Below the pieces are notes generated by a model. That model made no database searches. It saw only the letters and a list, made by a program, of their open reading frames with translations, and had not been told where the DNA came from. Below, in pieces: positions 1-9,558 of a stretch of 44,650 bases of DNA. Each line of letters starts with the position of its first letter. Position 1 is the first letter of the stretch. The position numbers were made by a program, and so were the translations under genes. Source of the DNA: a virus (taxonomy: Duplodnaviria > Caudoviricetes); the IMG/VR virus record IMGVR_UViG_3300012940_000045, positions 1-44,650 of that record. One strand, given 5' to 3'.

Positions 1-19
1 CGATTCTTGTCGGGACTAC
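1..19 (+). repeat. att core, left (CGATTCTTGTCGGGACTAC); resembles a tRNA 3' end
   Basis: Identical to 44632-44650 and adjacent to the integrase. Confidence 0.92.
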
Positions 20-182
20 ATGTAACACTTTTATAATCAAGTGTTTATCAGCAAAAAGTGCCTCAATTACTCTATAATAAAGGGTTTTGAGGCATTTCTT
101 ATTTGGCTATAAATGGTCATAAATGGCTAAGTTTGGTCAACAAATTTGACTAACTTTAGACTACATTTTAGACCGTGATTTC

Positions 183-1322
183 ATGAAAATAGCTATCCAG
201 GGAAAAAATAAAGGCGGAAATGTTGAAATATATCTCCGGGTATATAACCCCCAGACCTTAAAGCAGTCCCTTAAGCATACCGGGCATACAGTGCCAGAAA
301 AATTTTGGGACAAGAAAAATAAGAAGATTTCTAACCGTTTCCCCAATGCGGATCTGAAAAACGAAGATATACAGCGGCAGCTCCAGGAGGCTGAAAAGAA
401 TATCCTGATCGTAAAGAAAACGTCTGGGATAACGGACAGGAAGGTTAAGGCGGTACTTAAGAAGCAGGGAAATATAGAGGATTTTCTTGCTTACTTTAAG
501 GAGCACCTTGATAGGATTAAGCTGGAGTTCTCAGATAGCTACTGGAAGCAGGTAAATACCGTTTACGAGCAATTCTCTGGATTTGTAAAGAAGCAATGCA
601 CCTTTGCAGATATTGATTCCAAACTACTCCGGGAGTTTCAAAACCGGCTTTTTGGCGAGGAGGATAATATAAAAAATACAGTATCGGTAAAAATGGGCCG
701 CCTGCTGATGATTATTAACCTGGCAATTGATGACCGGTTAATAAGTGCTGATCAAATAAGGGGATATAAAGCGCCTTCCTATGAATCTCCTGGCCGGGAT
801 TATCTTACAATGGATGATTTAGATACCATTCTGAATCATCTGGAAGACGGGGAATTTAATAATGATCCCTCACTTAAGAAAGTAGTACCGTTTTTCCTGG
901 TGGAATGCTTATGCGGCATCAGATTCTCAGATTGGCATCGGTTTAAACTGGAACGCCTGATAAAAGATGAAAGCCTGAAGGTCCGCACAAAAAAGACAGG
1001 TGAGCCGGTATATTATCCGCTGCATAAGGCCGATAAGCTGAAAAAAGTGCTGAAATTCATTGCTGACAATGAAATAGTGTTTGATCTGACTGAGCAGCAG
1101 GCAAACCGAACGCTAAAACTGCTACAGACATATTTGCCTATTGATTTTGAATTGACAACCCATATAGGGCGCCATACGTGTGCTACTCTTCATTTGGAAA
1201 TAGGCTACAGTAAAGAGGCGGTAGCTGAAATTCTGGGCATTAGTATGCGAACTGTGGAGATATATGCCAGGATCACCCGGCGCAAGCTAAGGATAGAGTA
1301 TGATAAGTATGGAGGGATATAG
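183..1322 (+). CDS. int: Tyrosine integrase
   Basis: GIRFSD, HIGRHT and EIYAR motifs; N-terminal arm-binding-like region; next to att. Confidence 0.93.
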   Translation: MKIAIQGKNKGGNVEIYLRVYNPQTLKQSLKHTGHTVPEKFWDKKNKKISNRFPNADLKNEDIQRQLQEAEKNILIVKKTSGITDRKVKAVLKKQGNIEDFLAYFKEHLDRIKLEFSDSYWKQVNTVYEQFSGFVKKQCTFADIDSKLLREFQNRLFGEEDNIKNTVSVKMGRLLMIINLAIDDRLISADQIRGYKAPSYESPGRDYLTMDDLDTILNHLEDGEFNNDPSLKKVVPFFLVECLCGIRFSDWHRFKLERLIKDESLKVRTKKTGEPVYYPLHKADKLKKVLKFIADNEIVFDLTEQQANRTLKLLQTYLPIDFELTTHIGRHTCATLHLEIGYSKEAVAEILGISMRTVEIYARITRRKLRIEYDKYGGI

Positions 1323-1342
1323 CTTAAGCACCCCCGTCTATG

Positions 1343-1363
1343 GCCCCTAAAGGGGCTTTTTTT
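1343..1363 (+). terminator. Intrinsic terminator after integrase
   Basis: GCCCC-TAAA-GGGGC followed by T7. Confidence 0.75.
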
Positions 1364-1402
1364 GTTTTTTGAAATGAATTAGTATCTTGTAAAAAAAAGA
1401 AT

Positions 1403-1612
1403 ATGAAAAAAGTATGCAAAACATTTCCTGCTGGCGGCACTAAGCAAACTTTAGATTTTGAACATAATCTAGGAACAAAAGATGTCATAGTACAGGTTTA
1501 TGAGGTTGGGGGAGAAAGCATCAATGTGGGTATTGTACCAGACCTTAATAAGGTATCGCTTCTTTTTAATGGCGTGCCAGACTTCGACGTTAGGGTTGTA
1601 GTGATTGGATAA
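1403..1612 (+). CDS. Small beta-rich hypothetical protein with HNLG motif
   Basis: 69-aa ORF with A-rich leader, flanked by terminator-like hairpins. Confidence 0.65.
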   Translation: MKKVCKTFPAGGTKQTLDFEHNLGTKDVIVQVYEVGGESINVGIVPDLNKVSLLFNGVPDFDVRVVVIG

Positions 1613-1772
1613 CATTCACAAAATCAGTGCAAGCCGCATGCGGTTTTTTTGTGCGCCGGTATTTGGCGTTGGGATTTGTAGTTTTGCATATTTACAAATG
1701 TAAAAAATTAGCATTTTATTTGGATTGAAATAAAAATATTGTTATTTTGGTTGGTAAATTGAATTTCGTGTA

Positions 1773-1780
1773 TAAATTTG
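1773..1780 (+). promoter_or_regulatory. Bacteroidota -7 promoter box (TAAATTTG) upstream of the NYN leader
   Basis: Matches TAnnTTTG; TTG lies 19 nt upstream. Confidence 0.6.
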
Positions 1781-1802
1781 CAACTACAAATTGATAATAG
1801 CG

Positions 1803-1867
1803 CTCTCGGCCTACGCATATCTCCCAATTAATTTTGATAACGGATATGCCGACCCGAGAGTTTTTTT
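1803..1867 (+). ncRNA. Structured leader / terminator-like RNA before the NYN gene
   Basis: CTCTCGG/CCGAGAG outer stem, GCATATC/GATATGC inner stem, then T7. Confidence 0.5.
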
Positions 1868-1873
1868 ATTCCT

Positions 1874-2599
1874 ATGCCAAAGCAACACACTAACATTAAT
1901 GTGGCTATTTTAGTTGATGGTGGATTCTTTTTGAAAAGATACAAATCAATATTTGGACATCTAAACTACACTCCCGCTAAAGCAGCTTCAGCCATTAGCA
2001 ATTTGGCACATGAACATTTAGAAGATGGGAACTATTTATATAGAATATTCTACTATGATTGTGCCCCATTTGATAAAAAGATTCATCATCCTATTACTAA
2101 AAAGGTGGTTGATTTCAAAAAGTCGGCTGAGTATCAGTTTAGATGTGAATTATTTGAGGAGCTAAAAAAGAAGAGAAAAGTTGCCTTAAGATTAGGAACC
2201 ATAAAAGATAATGGATCATGGGGCATATACCCGATCGCGTTGGAAAAATTATTAAAGGGTAAAATTAAGTATGATGAATTGACTGCAAAGGACCTTTTTT
2301 ATAATATGAGACAAAAAGGAATAGACATGAAGATTGGAGTAGATATAGCGTCTCTTGCGTTTAAAAAATTGGTTCATAAAATAGTGTTGATTGCGGGAGA
2401 TGCTGATTTTGTTCCCGCGTCCAAGTTAGCAAGAAGAGAAGGAGTTGATTTTGTTTTAGATCCCATGTGGAATAATGTAGACGCTTCTTTGTTCGAACAT
2501 ATTGATGGGTTGAAGAGTACAATAAAAAGACCAAAGGTAGTGAAACAAACAAAGCACGCACAAGCGAAGAGCAAGCATGTCCCAGAAAATGAAAATTGA
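1874..2599 (+). CDS. NYN (LabA/DUF88, PIN-fold) ribonuclease-domain protein
   Basis: AILVDGGF, RIFYYD, QKGIDMKIGVD and IAGDADFVP acidic motifs. Confidence 0.88.
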   Translation: MPKQHTNINVAILVDGGFFLKRYKSIFGHLNYTPAKAASAISNLAHEHLEDGNYLYRIFYYDCAPFDKKIHHPITKKVVDFKKSAEYQFRCELFEELKKKRKVALRLGTIKDNGSWGIYPIALEKLLKGKIKYDELTAKDLFYNMRQKGIDMKIGVDIASLAFKKLVHKIVLIAGDADFVPASKLARREGVDFVLDPMWNNVDASLFEHIDGLKSTIKRPKVVKQTKHAQAKSKHVPENEN

Positions 2600-2615
2600 A
2601 GTGTAAATTAAAATT

Positions 2616-2642
2616 AAGCCACCCTAACCGGTGGCTTTTTTT
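2616..2642 (+). terminator. Intrinsic terminator after NYN gene
   Basis: AAGCCACC-CTAACC-GGTGGCTT followed by a T-run. Confidence 0.75.
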
Positions 2643-2653
2643 ATTTTTGCATC

Positions 2654-2881
2654 ATGACCAACGATGAATGGATAGCAGAAGTAAAGAGGCTGGAAACCTT
2701 TTTCAAGGAAACGCCGATCCTGATAAAGGAATACAAAAACGGGTACATGACGGTATCAGACATCCCGAAGTTCATAGATAGCCATTTAGCCAGTGCCCGG
2801 GCTAATGTGGGTAATCCCTGGTTTGCACAAGGAATATCCCGGCTGCAGGAGCTGGAACAGGCGATCAGGAATCAAATTTAA
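2654..2881 (+). CDS. Hypothetical protein (DUF6965-like, from recall)
   Basis: 75-aa ORF with LETFF...KFIDSHL...RLQELE pattern. Confidence 0.55.
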   Translation: MTNDEWIAEVKRLETFFKETPILIKEYKNGYMTVSDIPKFIDSHLASARANVGNPWFAQGISRLQELEQAIRNQI

Positions 2882-3108
2882 ACTTCAGGGCATATTTACT
2901 TCCTTATTTTTTTATGGCTGCCTGGTATTCTTCCGGCGTGTACCACTTGATATAATGTACTCCATGCTGTAGTCCCCCCCTTCTCTTTTTCCTCTTTTAC
3001 TTTTAGGTGATCCATGTCTTAAAGCTACTCACAAACGTAGATATCCAGTGCGCCAGATTTCGGCGATAGACCGCGGGTATAGTTATCTGAAAAGAAATCT
3101 TTGATTCC

Positions 3109-3738
3109 TTACTGAGAATTATTTGATTGTGTGGGTGGGCTTTGGGGGGCTTGAGGCTGATTGCTTACAGGTTGAGGCTGAACCAGGCTCGGCGGTGGGG
3201 TTGATGGAACATACCCCTTCTTATTGTAATCGGGTATAGGCCTTGATTGCGGGCCATCTGATTTAACTTTTTTATCCATATTATTAAAATTTATTACCAC
3301 AAATATAGATAAAAACACAATTCCAATTCCGTAGATAACTATACAGATCAAATTTGATATATTAATATACTTAATTCGATTGGCCATTTTCGGAGTGAAA
3401 GCTATCTTTTCCATAAATTCCTTTAGGTTTTTATTCATCATTCTAGCTGCAATAAAAAATGATAACATATTTGCTATGAGTGACAATCCTAAAAAACCCC
3501 AAGATATTTCTATATATTGTCTACAAATAGCACTTGAAATAGGAATTATTTTTTCTATAAGGAGAAACGACCCTGCAAGAGTTCCACCCGCTATAAAAGC
3601 AAACTGCTTTTCAAATTGATCATTATTCTTGTCTATTGATTTAATTATCTCCGATTTATAGTCTTCAACATCTTTTTTAAATAGTTCCTCTGCTTCTCGC
3701 ATTGCAGACTTTCTTGAGGGTATAGAATTTCTAAGCAT
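3109..3738 (-). CDS. Moron membrane protein, about 3 TM helices and a Pro/Gln-rich tail
   Basis: Three hydrophobic segments, AT-rich, opposite strand to the late genes. Confidence 0.7.
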   Translation of the reverse strand: MLRNSIPSRKSAMREAEELFKKDVEDYKSEIIKSIDKNNDQFEKQFAFIAGGTLAGSFLLIEKIIPISSAICRQYIEISWGFLGLSLIANMLSFFIAARMMNKNLKEFMEKIAFTPKMANRIKYINISNLICIVIYGIGIVFLSIFVVINFNNMDKKVKSDGPQSRPIPDYNKKGYVPSTPPPSLVQPQPVSNQPQAPQSPPTQSNNSQ

Positions 3739-4209
3739 ATCTCAAAGATTGAAACTTCAAGATACAAAATTCGAAGCATAACGCGCTTTCACTGATTCAT
3801 ATTATCGGATAGCTGGCATTGTCTTTTGGTATATTTATCAGCTGGTCTGCGCCACATACTTCTGAAAAGTTAGCCGTATGGTTAGAGCGGCATGGAGAGA
3901 AGATAGCTCAGCAATATCTTGATCGCTTAGGTTAGCTAATGAGGGGCAATATTGCCCCTTCTTTATTGATTGTTCGAGATAGATTATTTTCCTTATACTT
4001 GTTATGCATGGGTATTGGAATAGAAAGTGCTGCTGCATGCGTTCTTATAAACGATTGATTTTCAATAGGTACTCCGAAAGGAAAGTTTTCGCCTCGCAAT
4101 GTATGGAACACCGCGCCAAAAATACCCAATGCTCATATTTCGGTGTTTGTAGCCGATTTGTAGCGACAAGCGACTACAGCCGCGACTACAACGTTATTTA
4201 CTGATTATT

Positions 4210-4878
4210 ATGGCTTTACATTCAAAAAAAGACTTTGCCACCCTGGTTAACCTGGAAACCAAGAATCTTGCTACTTATATAGGCAGAAAGAAGGTAATTG
4301 TGGGAGAAAATGGCCTTATAGATGATAAAGACCCCATAAATAAAGCCTTTATCAAAACCCGCTCCACAAAGCAAAGCGAAAAGCAGATCATAAACCACAT
4401 TACAAAATTCGGTAAAGCTACGGGCGCTGATGCTGATGAAGATGATGAGCCTGATAATGGTGGCAAAATTATTGATCTTTCCACGCCTGATGCTGCAAAA
4501 AAGAGCATGGATGTACTTGAATCTATCGAAAAGTACCAAAAGTTTAAGGCGGAGAAGGTGGAGCGCGAAACTTACAAGCTGGATATTGAGCTTGCAAAAC
4601 GACGGGGCGAGATCATCCCGGCCGAGTTGGTAAAACCCATTTTCCTGCAGCATAACCAGTTTATCATTACCACTTTCAAAAATGCGGCAGAAGATATTAT
4701 CAGGAACATAGCAAAGATTCATGAATTATCTAATGCTGATGTAGCCGGGCTGCGTGGCGATCTCGTAAAATCGATAAACCAGGCCGTTAAAGAGGCTATT
4801 GATATGAGCCTCGGATCGGTAGACGACATATTAAATGAATTTGTAGTAAAAAAGGGTGTTGGACAGCGCAATGACTGA
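4210..4878 (+). CDS. terS: Terminase small subunit
   Basis: N-terminal HTH, ELAKRRGEIIP motif of Nu1-like proteins, overlaps terL. Confidence 0.75.
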   Translation: MALHSKKDFATLVNLETKNLATYIGRKKVIVGENGLIDDKDPINKAFIKTRSTKQSEKQIINHITKFGKATGADADEDDEPDNGGKIIDLSTPDAAKKSMDVLESIEKYQKFKAEKVERETYKLDIELAKRRGEIIPAELVKPIFLQHNQFIITTFKNAAEDIIRNIAKIHELSNADVAGLRGDLVKSINQAVKEAIDMSLGSVDDILNEFVVKKGVGQRND

Positions 4879-6898
4879 TGCAGGATTAGACATATACAGG
4901 TCACAGGTAGAGGATATTATCGCCTACGGGATTGCCCAGATATCAAGTATCAGGCCATCCGACTGGACGGAGCAGAATGTAGTAATGCCAGGAAAGCCCT
5001 TTCCGGGTCCATTTTCCTACTCCCGTACCCCATATATGCGGGAAATAATTGACTGCCTGTCCCCTGATCATCCCGCCCGTAAGGTAGCGCTCATGAAGGG
5101 CGCGCAAATCGGCGGTTCAGCAGGGGTTATTTACCCTGCCCTGGGATGGATTATAGCTAATTCCCCCGCCAATACGTTTGTTACCGTGGGGCATGAAGAC
5201 CTGGTACCGGAAGCAATGGGCAAACTGGATACCCTGATAGATAACGCCGGGTTACGGAAGCTGATCCGCCCAACAGCCATGCGGCGGCGTAATAATAAGA
5301 CTGGGGACACTAACAATAAAAAGGAATTTGGGCAGGGGTACATCATTGTTGCCAGCGCAAACAATCACAAAGTAATCCGGCAAAGGGATCTGATGTATGG
5401 TTTCTTTGATGATATTGAGAGCGTGCGATCAGCGTCGAAAGAATCGGGTAATACCCTGGATCTGCTGGAGCAACGCTTCGCTGCATACGGAGATAGCCAC
5501 AAAATATACTACATCAGCACGCCGGAGCGGGCCGGCAACAGCAACATTTACAATGCTTACATACGCGGAGATCAGCGGCGCTTTCTTTTACCTTGCCCTT
5601 GCTGCGGTGAAATGATTGCGCTGGAGTGGAACATAGATATTGACGGGAACGCGGCTGGGATATTCTGGAAGCTGGACAACCATGAGCGGTTAATAGAGGA
5701 TTCAGTAGGTTATATATGCCAAAAGTGCGCCGGATTTTTCAAGGATAACAATAAACAACGGATGCTAAATGATGGTATCTGGAATCCAACAGCCATACCA
5801 TCCCGTCCCGATTTCTTCAGCTACCATTTGAGCGCCCTATATGCCCCGGTGGGAATGTTCGACTGGAAACATTATGTGTATAAATATCTGGAAGCAAACC
5901 CGATCGGCCAGCCCCGTATAGAGAAAAAGCATCAGACACATGTGAATGTTTGCCTGGGTCTTCCATATGAAGAAGAAACAGAGGCACCAAAAGCAAATGC
6001 TATACAGAAAAACACCAGGCCCTATGATATCGGCACCGTTCCGGAGCGGTTAAGCCAGGCAGACGGCAACGGTAATATTGTTATGCTTACCTGTGCCGCG
6101 GATATGAACGGTAAAATGGAGGAAGGCAATCATGATGTCCGGCTTGACTTCGAAATTCTCGCATGGTCGGAATCTGGGGCAACATATTCCATTAAGCACG
6201 GTAGTATAGGTACATTTATTCCAAGGGAGACAGCAAAGCAGAAACAGATCGATCGCAAAAAGTGGACCTATGAGGATAAAAAGCCAAATTCTGTATGGCC
6301 TGAATTTGAGCAGATCCTCGGAGAAACTTTCAAAACGGATACCGGCAGGGAGATGAATATAATGATCACCGGCCTGGATTGCGGCCACCATTCTACACAT
6401 GCATATGGATTTATTGACCGTACTAATTACAATGTTTACGGCTTAAAGGGGGATAAGGAGGATAAATACCTACGTTTCGGGCAGGATGTGCGTGTATTTA
6501 AGCCAGCACTTGAACGAAGTAAGCTGTTTATCCTTCAAGTTGGAGTAATTAAAGACCGCCTATCTGAATACATGGCACTGAACTGGCACGATGCAGAAAT
6601 GCAGCAGCCATCCAATTTCATGAACTTTCCGCAGCCTGCGGATGGGCTATATCAATTCTCCAACTTCTTTGAACACTTTGAAACGGAACACCGGGTATTA
6701 CTTAAAAACGAAGATGGTGAGGGAGTATCTGCCCGGTGGGTTAAGAAGACCAGCACTGTACAAAACCACATGTGGGATTGCAGGGTCTATAATCTCGCCT
6801 TACAACTGATTATAATAGACATCATTTCCAAAGAGCTGAAAAACAAACTAACCTGGGGTGATGTGTGTGCGATTTTGCAAGGAACATATAAGGGCTAA
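4871..6898 (+). CDS. terL: Terminase large subunit, lambda GpA family
   Basis: RTPYMREI, MKGAQIG Walker A region, ISTP, PCPCC, NHMWDCRVY; ATG 4871 preferred over TTG 4856. Confidence 0.93.
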   Translation: MTDAGLDIYRSQVEDIIAYGIAQISSIRPSDWTEQNVVMPGKPFPGPFSYSRTPYMREIIDCLSPDHPARKVALMKGAQIGGSAGVIYPALGWIIANSPANTFVTVGHEDLVPEAMGKLDTLIDNAGLRKLIRPTAMRRRNNKTGDTNNKKEFGQGYIIVASANNHKVIRQRDLMYGFFDDIESVRSASKESGNTLDLLEQRFAAYGDSHKIYYISTPERAGNSNIYNAYIRGDQRRFLLPCPCCGEMIALEWNIDIDGNAAGIFWKLDNHERLIEDSVGYICQKCAGFFKDNNKQRMLNDGIWNPTAIPSRPDFFSYHLSALYAPVGMFDWKHYVYKYLEANPIGQPRIEKKHQTHVNVCLGLPYEEETEAPKANAIQKNTRPYDIGTVPERLSQADGNGNIVMLTCAADMNGKMEEGNHDVRLDFEILAWSESGATYSIKHGSIGTFIPRETAKQKQIDRKKWTYEDKKPNSVWPEFEQILGETFKTDTGREMNIMITGLDCGHHSTHAYGFIDRTNYNVYGLKGDKEDKYLRFGQDVRVFKPALERSKLFILQVGVIKDRLSEYMALNWHDAEMQQPSNFMNFPQPADGLYQFSNFFEHFETEHRVLLKNEDGEGVSARWVKKTSTVQNHMWDCRVYNLALQLIIIDIISKELKNKLTWGDVCAILQGTYKG

Positions 6899-6954
6899 AA
6901 AATATTTTCCCACTTAGCGGGACAAAAGTGGGACAAAAGTGGGACATTATTTTT
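6897..6954 (+). promoter_or_regulatory. 58-bp late-operon element, copy 1 (3x GGGACA at 11-bp period)
   Basis: Identical to 20180-20237. Confidence 0.8.
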
Positions 6955-6999
6955 TGAGGGTTTGTCGTGGCAATAATATTGCCTACAAACATCAATAAA

Positions 7000-8517
7000 A
7001 TGATAAGTAACGCAGTTGGTACAGAAAGGATTTCTACTGTTTTAGGCTATAAGCTGACAAAGGGAAACTTTTCTGTCACTTCTCCCAACCTCCCCCAGAG
7101 AATCGCAATACTGGCAGAAGCCAATACAAATAAACAATCCGGCCTTGTAACCAACCCTACAGTAATAACTTCGGCTCAACAGGCTGGCCAGCTGTATGGT
7201 TTTGGTAGCCCCGTGTACAATATTATGCGTATCCTTCGCCCGGTTTCCGGTGATGGGGTTGGCGGGATACCTACAGTAGTATATCCGCAGGCGGAGGCCA
7301 GCGGCGCTGCTGCACGTGTTCAGACTATTACTGTTACCGGTACTGCTACAGCCAACGGCACCCATACACTTGTCATAGCCGGGCGCGAAAACCTGGATGG
7401 TCAGAATTACGACATCAATATCGTTTCAGGCGACACAAATGCGCAGATAGCGGCAAAGATCAGTGATGCTATCAATGCTGTTTTAGGTTGCCCGGTATCT
7501 TCTGCAACCGCTACAAACGTGGCTACCGTCACAACAAAGTGGAAAGGGCTTACTTCTCAGGGTGTAACTATCAGCGTGAATAACCGGAACAATGGCCTGG
7601 GAATATCATATGCTATCCTTGAAACTGCTGCGGGCAGCGGTACGCCTGATCTTGGCCCGGCACTTGAACAATTCGGAGCTGCATGGAATACCATAGTGAT
7701 CAACAGCTATGGCACTGAATCTACGCCAATGCAGACACTGGAACAATTTAACGGTGTTCCAGATCCGGATAACCCAACAGGGCGCTATACTGGTATCATT
7801 ATGTCTCCGTTCATTGCGCTTACAGGCTCAGTAGCAGAGGACCCTTCCAGTATAACAGACAGCCGCAAAACACAGGTAACAATCGCTATATGCCCTGCAC
7901 CACTTTCAACGGGTATGGCTATGGAAGCTGCCGCTAATATGGCTGTATTGTTTTCCAGGACCTCGCAAGATACCCCGCATCTGGACGTGCAGAATAAATC
8001 CTACCCTGATATGCCAGCTCCTGCTATTATCGGTAAGATGGCGACATATAACGAGCGGGATATAATTGTAAAAAAGGGCTGTTCTACTGTTGACCTTGTG
8101 AATAACGCTTACCAGGTAAAGGACTTTGTTACTACTTACCATCCTGATGGAGAAGTACCCGCGCAATTCCAATACTGCCGTAACCTGATGATTGATTTCA
8201 ATGTGAAGTTTGGATATTACTTACTACAGATGGCCAACGTTTTGGACCATGCTATTGCCAAGGATTCCGACACGGTTACAGCGGAAAAGGTTATTAAGCC
8301 AAAGCAATGGAAGCAAGTGCTTGCTTCTTTCTTTATAGACCTGGCACGCCGCGCCCTGATCGCTGAACCTGATTTTTCAAAGGCTTCATTACAGGTAGAT
8401 GTAAATGAAACAAACCCCAACCGTCTGGATACTTATTTCCGCTACAAGCGCACTGGGTTCCTTCGTATTGCATCTACGACGGCAGAAGCCGGATTCAATT
8501 TCGGTACAGCCAGCTAA
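7000..8517 (+). CDS. Contractile tail sheath protein (Mu gpL-like)
   Basis: About 505 aa, SAQQAGQLYGFGS motif, precedes tube gene; ATG 7000 preferred over GTG 6967. Confidence 0.85.
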   Translation: MISNAVGTERISTVLGYKLTKGNFSVTSPNLPQRIAILAEANTNKQSGLVTNPTVITSAQQAGQLYGFGSPVYNIMRILRPVSGDGVGGIPTVVYPQAEASGAAARVQTITVTGTATANGTHTLVIAGRENLDGQNYDINIVSGDTNAQIAAKISDAINAVLGCPVSSATATNVATVTTKWKGLTSQGVTISVNNRNNGLGISYAILETAAGSGTPDLGPALEQFGAAWNTIVINSYGTESTPMQTLEQFNGVPDPDNPTGRYTGIIMSPFIALTGSVAEDPSSITDSRKTQVTIAICPAPLSTGMAMEAAANMAVLFSRTSQDTPHLDVQNKSYPDMPAPAIIGKMATYNERDIIVKKGCSTVDLVNNAYQVKDFVTTYHPDGEVPAQFQYCRNLMIDFNVKFGYYLLQMANVLDHAIAKDSDTVTAEKVIKPKQWKQVLASFFIDLARRALIAEPDFSKASLQVDVNETNPNRLDTYFRYKRTGFLRIASTTAEAGFNFGTAS

Positions 8518-8546
8518 AACAAACATAAATAATTAAAAATAATATC

Positions 8547-8954
8547 ATGCCTACAGGAGGAGATATAATCGAAATAACATACAATCACCCGACCTATGGA
8601 ACGGGTGTCCTTTACCCTAAAGCTGCAGAGGATAGCACTTATGATTTTGGTGGCATCCGCAGCAGCGACGATGAGAACCAGGTAGATGGTGCCGGTAATA
8701 TGATTGATATTATGAACCGGAAGCGCTGGTTTTTTGAGGATGTTGTGGGAAATGATATGAATACACGGGAGGAAGCGGAAAAGATGAACGACATGGCCGC
8801 AAGCCCCGAACTCGCAGACTGGACATTCACCCATATAAATGGTACGGTTTACGGTGCGAAAGGAAAACCCGTGGGCGATATCCAGGTAAATGGAAATGCT
8901 GCCACCTTCCAGCTTAAAATATCCGGAGGCGGCAAAATGGCTAAGATTTCATAA
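8547..8954 (+). CDS. Tail tube protein
   Basis: 135-aa beta-rich protein directly after sheath. Confidence 0.7.
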   Translation: MPTGGDIIEITYNHPTYGTGVLYPKAAEDSTYDFGGIRSSDDENQVDGAGNMIDIMNRKRWFFEDVVGNDMNTREEAEKMNDMAASPELADWTFTHINGTVYGAKGKPVGDIQVNGNAATFQLKISGGGKMAKIS

Positions 8955-8971
8955 CTAAAAAACACATACAA

Positions 8972-9379
8972 ATGAGTAAAGTATCAATTGAAGTGGCAAC
9001 TGCCGATTTGAATCGGTGGCTGGATAAAAAGAAAGTTTCAGATGCAATCAGGGAAAAGCAACAGGTGGTTATTGATGAACTCGCAGATGCAATTGCATGC
9101 GGCCTCCTGACCGTTTCCGAAAACTGTGAATTGGAATACAAGCTATCCGAGCCAGTAACTGATAGCGATGGCAATATATCGGTTGGTTCTCTGAAGTTCA
9201 AAAACAGGCTCCGTGTAGATGAGGTGATGTCCAGGCTAAAGGGCCTCGACCCTAAAGATGTAGACGGCAGGATGATGGCCTATGTAGGGGCGTTAACAGG
9301 TGTTGCAACAGGTCTGTTAAAAAAGATGGACACAGATGATTATAAAATACCTCAATCCATTGCAGTTTTTTTCATGTAG
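8972..9379 (+). CDS. Tail assembly chaperone
   Basis: Between tube and tape measure; ends in T7 slippery run. Confidence 0.75.
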   Translation: MSKVSIEVATADLNRWLDKKKVSDAIREKQQVVIDELADAIACGLLTVSENCELEYKLSEPVTDSDGNISVGSLKFKNRLRVDEVMSRLKGLDPKDVDGRMMAYVGALTGVATGLLKKMDTDDYKIPQSIAVFFM

Positions 9380-9558
9380 ACCGTGAATGGCAAGATCTTA
9401 TCAATATCATCACTTCTGTAGTGCGTGAACATCACTGGAGGCCATCAGATATTGATGGCCTCTATTTCGATGAAGAAGACCATCACGGTATAATACACTG
9501 GTACAAAGACCAGGAAAAAGTAAACGAAGAACTGGAAAAAATAAGAGCTAAGAAATAA
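9367..9558 (+). CDS. -1 frameshift extension of tail chaperone (P2 gpE+E'-like)
   Basis: T TTT TTC at 9367-9373; the -1 frame stays open (HVDREWQ...HHWRPSDIDGL...KK) to TAA 9556-9558. Confidence 0.75.
   Translation, partial: FFHVDREWQDLINIITSVVREHHWRPSDIDGLYFDEEDHHGIIHWYKDQEKVNEELEKIRAKK

Noticed and set aside
1-19. Complete tRNA gene
   Set aside because: Only a 3'-end-like fragment lies in the window
3838-4204. Three overlapping 65-66-aa ORFs before terS
   Set aside because: Mutually overlapping with no motifs; the region is more plausibly regulatory or cos
6897-6954. GGGACAAAAGT repeats as a CRISPR array or IS end
   Set aside because: No spacers, cas genes or transposase; position fits a promoter element
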